A stretch of DNA of 64,000 nucleotides. Origin: an uncultured Poribacteria bacterium. GTDB taxonomy: Bacteria > Poribacteria > WGA-4E > WGA-3G. The translations under genes and the position numbers were made by a program. The stretch covers positions 3,776,001 through 3,840,000 of the forward strand of contig CATQHZ020000001.1 of NCBI GenBank assembly GCA_958296135.2, read 5' to 3'. Numbering within the stretch: the first letter of the stretch is position 1; each line of letters begins with the position of its first letter. This document shows, piece after piece, positions 60,859 through 64,000 of the stretch. A model generated the notes under the pieces. The model was not told where the DNA came from. It saw only the letters and a program-made list of their open reading frames with translations, and ran no database searches.

Positions 60859-61743
60859 TTAAATCCGAATGCCAACATCAATGAGAGCCTTGAATACCAA
60901 GACAGCCCCCAGAATAATCACAACGGCGGCACTGAAAATCGGCAACCGTTTGAGCCAGACACCTTCGCCGGTGAACCGTTCAATAAACGGCTTCGCCACT
61001 ACCATCAGCACGCCGATGGCGACTAACACTGCAGCGAGCCCGAACGAAAACGCGCACAAGATAATGATACCCCACGTCAGTTTGTTGAGGCTGATGGCAA
61101 ACAGCAGTCCCACGAGCGCGTCAACGCACGGCACGATCCCCCCGGAGATGCCAAGTGATAACAGGCCCCAAAAACCGGTCCGCGTTGAAACTTCCGCCGG
61201 CGCGTGCGAGTGGGTGTGCCCATCGCCGTGATGATGGTGGTGGCCATGCGCGTGCCCGTGGTCGTGGCTATGGTCGTGCCCATGTCCGCGCCCACCATAA
61301 TACTGTTTCATATTTTTTGCCAGAAGCCACGCGCCGATGCCGGCAATCAACACACCAGAGAACAGACTGAGCCACGGGACGATGTCCTCTGGCACCAAAT
61401 AATTCTCCGCCAATAGCATCACTATCCCGAGGGCGATGACGCTGAAGGTGTGCGTGAACGTGACTACCAGCCCTAAGAAAACAGCATCGATAATCCTGCC
61501 TTTAGAACCGACTAAATACGCGGCGACAACCGCTTTGCCGTGGCCGGGAGTTAAGGCATGCAATCCACCGAGCACGAATGAGACAACTAAGGCGACGACT
61601 GCCAACTGTAGCGTGAGCGGTTGCGTGATAAATTCTTTCAACCGGTCGCCGGAGTGTTCGTGGCCACTGTCCGCAAACGCCGTAACGCTGCTCATGAGCG
61701 TGACAATAACGAGAATGATAAGACAAGCATAGCGTTTCTTCAA
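60859..61743 (-). CDS. RcnA-like nickel/cobalt efflux transporter
   Basis: HALTPGHGK, THTFSV, His-rich loop, GISGGIVPC. Confidence 0.88.
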   Translation of the reverse strand: MKKRYACLIILVIVTLMSSVTAFADSGHEHSGDRLKEFITQPLTLQLAVVALVVSFVLGGLHALTPGHGKAVVAAYLVGSKGRIIDAVFLGLVVTFTHTFSVIALGIVMLLAENYLVPEDIVPWLSLFSGVLIAGIGAWLLAKNMKQYYGGRGHGHDHSHDHGHAHGHHHHHGDGHTHSHAPAEVSTRTGFWGLLSLGISGGIVPCVDALVGLLFAISLNKLTWGIIILCAFSFGLAAVLVAIGVLMVVAKPFIERFTGEGVWLKRLPIFSAAVVIILGAVLVFKALIDVGIRI

Positions 61744-61803
61744 AACGAATTTCTCCTCAGGTTGCGGGCGGATAGAGACATCCGCCCATACCCTTTGTCT
61801 CCC

Positions 61804-62652
61804 TTAAACGCGCGCGAATTTCTGGAAGCGTCTCTCCGCGATGACTTCGCTGACGTAGATGTCGCCTTTTGAATCGAGCCAGATGCCGTGCGGCGAATCA
61901 CTGAATTGCCCTGGGGCAGTGCCTTTCTCACCCCACTGTCCGATGACTTCGCCATCAAGCGTCATAATGCTGATGCGTTGCCCCGCTTCGGCGATGTGGA
62001 TAATGCTATCGGCATCAATGAACAGATCGTTCGGAGAACGAAGGTCGCGCCATTCGGTGAGGTATTCGCCATTCGCATTGAAAATCTGGCATCGGAGGTT
62101 ACCCCGGTCCAGAATATAGACGCGTTCATTGCTATCAACAGTGACATCGTGCGGGAGGTTGAACTCGCTGGGCCCCGTGCCCGGTGCTCCCCACGAGACG
62201 ATGACATCTCCATCAGCTGTCATGCGATGCACGCGCGACTGTCCGTATCCATCGGAGACATACATCTCACCAGATGCGGAGAGGACAGCGCGCGTCGGTT
62301 CATTAAACGGTGTGCCGGGCGCGCCCGGTCTATTGACGGTGCCGAACGTCTGTAGCAGTTCGCCATTAAGCGAGAACTTGCAGACGGTGTGAGCTACCGT
62401 GTCAGTCGTATAGATTTCATCGTCCGGGCTAATCCAAATGCCGTGAGGTTTCTGGAAAATATCTTTTCCCCATTCCGCGATGAGGGTGCCATCTGCCTCA
62501 AAAACGAGCATAGCGGGTTGTGGACTGCGGTTGTAGACGTAAACCCGGTCGTTCGAGTCACACGCCACGCCGGAAACGAGTCCGAGTTGCGGAATCATTC
62601 CCCAGCCTTCCACTACCTCATATTGATAATCGCCGGTCCCGAAAGTTGCCAT
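61804..62652 (-). CDS. NHL-repeat protein (peptidyl-alpha-hydroxyglycine lyase family)
   Basis: PHGI, FN.PT, VSDGYG, WG.PG.GP..FNLPH, DRGN. Confidence 0.88.
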   Translation of the reverse strand: MATFGTGDYQYEVVEGWGMIPQLGLVSGVACDSNDRVYVYNRSPQPAMLVFEADGTLIAEWGKDIFQKPHGIWISPDDEIYTTDTVAHTVCKFSLNGELLQTFGTVNRPGAPGTPFNEPTRAVLSASGEMYVSDGYGQSRVHRMTADGDVIVSWGAPGTGPSEFNLPHDVTVDSNERVYILDRGNLRCQIFNANGEYLTEWRDLRSPNDLFIDADSIIHIAEAGQRISIMTLDGEVIGQWGEKGTAPGQFSDSPHGIWLDSKGDIYVSEVIAERRFQKFARV

Positions 62653-62668
62653 GGTCCTGCCTCCTGCG

Positions 62669-63332
62669 TTAGTTGCATTTGCTGTGTTGCTTCGCGACGA
62701 TAGCCTTCAGAATCTGCACAATGCGTTCGGCATCTGAAACGCTGTTGTATTCCGGCGCGAACGCAATTGTGAACGTCGGTTTTTCGGAGTCGATGTCGCG
62801 AACGATGCCTCGAATGAAAGCCCAGGTAGCCGCGACGGTGTAGCACCCGAAGATTTCCTGTTCGGGATTGTCATCCTTTTTCCAATTGAGCCAGGCGGCA
62901 GCAAGCATTTCACCCAGGAGTTGCACCTCCAGATCGGACGCGTCGATACCACGTTTGGCCTCATGCGCAATCAGATAAGGCGGATGAATCTTCCCACCGA
63001 TGTCAAGGGCAAGCGCGCCATCCGCCTCACCTTCCAAGTGGAAATTGGGATAGACAGCTTTCAGTGGAACGCCTGCCCACGCTTGAATTGCACCCTGTTC
63101 GGCGAGGACTAGCATCGGGTAGATAGCGCGCCCACACCGTCGCCTCGTTCATGACGCTCAAGTGGCGTTGATACCAGATGGATCTCAGATAGTCAATTTG
63201 CCCGAGCTCCGCGGAAGTCAAGGAGACTTCCTGCATCTTCTCCCAGTCTTCGGACACCCCCGCGATTTTGTTCAGAGCCACCAACGTGCTGAGTTTCTCT
63301 TCTGATAATTCTGAGAACCGATAGGTTTGCAT
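62669..63332 (-). pseudogene. frameshifted paralog of the neighbouring hypothetical protein
   Basis: ORFs 63027-63377 and 62669-63115 join if GC is restored in GCGCGC at about 63126-63131; similar to the ORF at 63361. Confidence 0.75.
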
Positions 63333-63360
63333 GGATGAATTCCTCCACTTCTTGCCGAGA

Positions 63361-64000
63361 CTACAAATGCTTGGCAACGATAGCCTTCAGAATCTGCACG
63401 ATGCGTTCGGCATCCGAAACGCCGTTATACGTCCGCGACTTCTCCACGGCGAACGCCGGTTTTTCGGCATCCATCTCGCCGACAACCCCACGAACGAAAG
63501 CCCAACTATCAGCCACCGTATAGCACCCGAAAATCTCGGGTTCGGAGTTGACATCCTTTTTCCAATTGAGCCACGCGGCAGCAAGCATCTCGCCGAGGAG
63601 TTGATACAGCGGGTCCGGCGCGTTCACGCCACGCTTCGCCTCGTGCACAACAAAATAAGGCTGACGCATCCGTCCCAAAATGCACGGGGCGAGTGCACCA
63701 TCCGCCTCACCTTCCAATTGAAACCTGGGATAGGTAGCTTTGAGCGGAACGCCTGCCCACGCCCGAATATGTCCCTGTTCCGCAAGAACTAAAAGCGGAT
63801 AAATGACACGGGACCAGAGGGTGGCTTCGTTCATCGCAATCAACTCAAGCTCTTCCAAACTTGACTTAAAAACGTCAATGCGTCTGCCTTCTTCCCCGGT
63901 GAGGGGTATCTGCATTTTCGCCCAGTCTTCAGACACACCCACCTTTTCGTGCAGTGTCACGAGGGAACCGAGCGTTTCCTCAGACAACTCGGATAAACGA
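63361..64000 (-). CDS. hypothetical protein with PD-(D/E)xK-like motif (5' end outside window)
   Basis: 'NEATL....IYP.L...GEADG....VHEAKRG....Q..EM.AA...IFGCY.....W.F'. Confidence 0.7.
   Translation of the reverse strand, partial: RLSELSEETLGSLVTLHEKVGVSEDWAKMQIPLTGEEGRRIDVFKSSLEELELIAMNEATLWSRVIYPLLVLAEQGHIRAWAGVPLKATYPRFQLEGEADGALAPCILGRMRQPYFVVHEAKRGVNAPDPLYQLLGEMLAAAWLNWKKDVNSEPEIFGCYTVADSWAFVRGVVGEMDAEKPAFAVEKSRTYNGVSDAERIVQILKAIVAKHL

Overview
Bacterial chromosomal window. A LamG protein ending in a 'KLSTTWGRLK' tail and abundant GTAG-type REP palindromes suggest Candidatus Poribacteria (inference). It carries housekeeping genes (ugd, msrA, accD, topA, ftsEX, polX, gmhB/rfaE1, tRNA-Ala, tsaB, aroA, nagB) interleaved with a defence/mobile-rich stretch at about 31-47 kb: a CfrBI-like type II R-M pair, a fused type IIG/ISP-like R-M gene, a solo IS607-like tnpB, a deleted tcmP plus DUF5131, a TIR gene and hicAB. 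The main find is a compact RNA-guided system at 41957-45304. It comprises a catalytically intact iscB with a ~70-aa insertion after the bridge helix, a HEARO/omega-type RNA directly upstream, and a 20-repeat CRISPR array, with no cas genes in the window. The omega RNA lacks its own 5' adaptor strand and instead has two segments complementary to the CRISPR repeat (tracrRNA-like). A class-1-like leader lies at the iscB end of the array, while the only clear promoter lies at the opposite, degenerate end and points toward iscB. A second notable pattern is REP palindromes inserted in frame inside several protein-coding genes. All product calls come from motif recognition by eye; no database searches were run.
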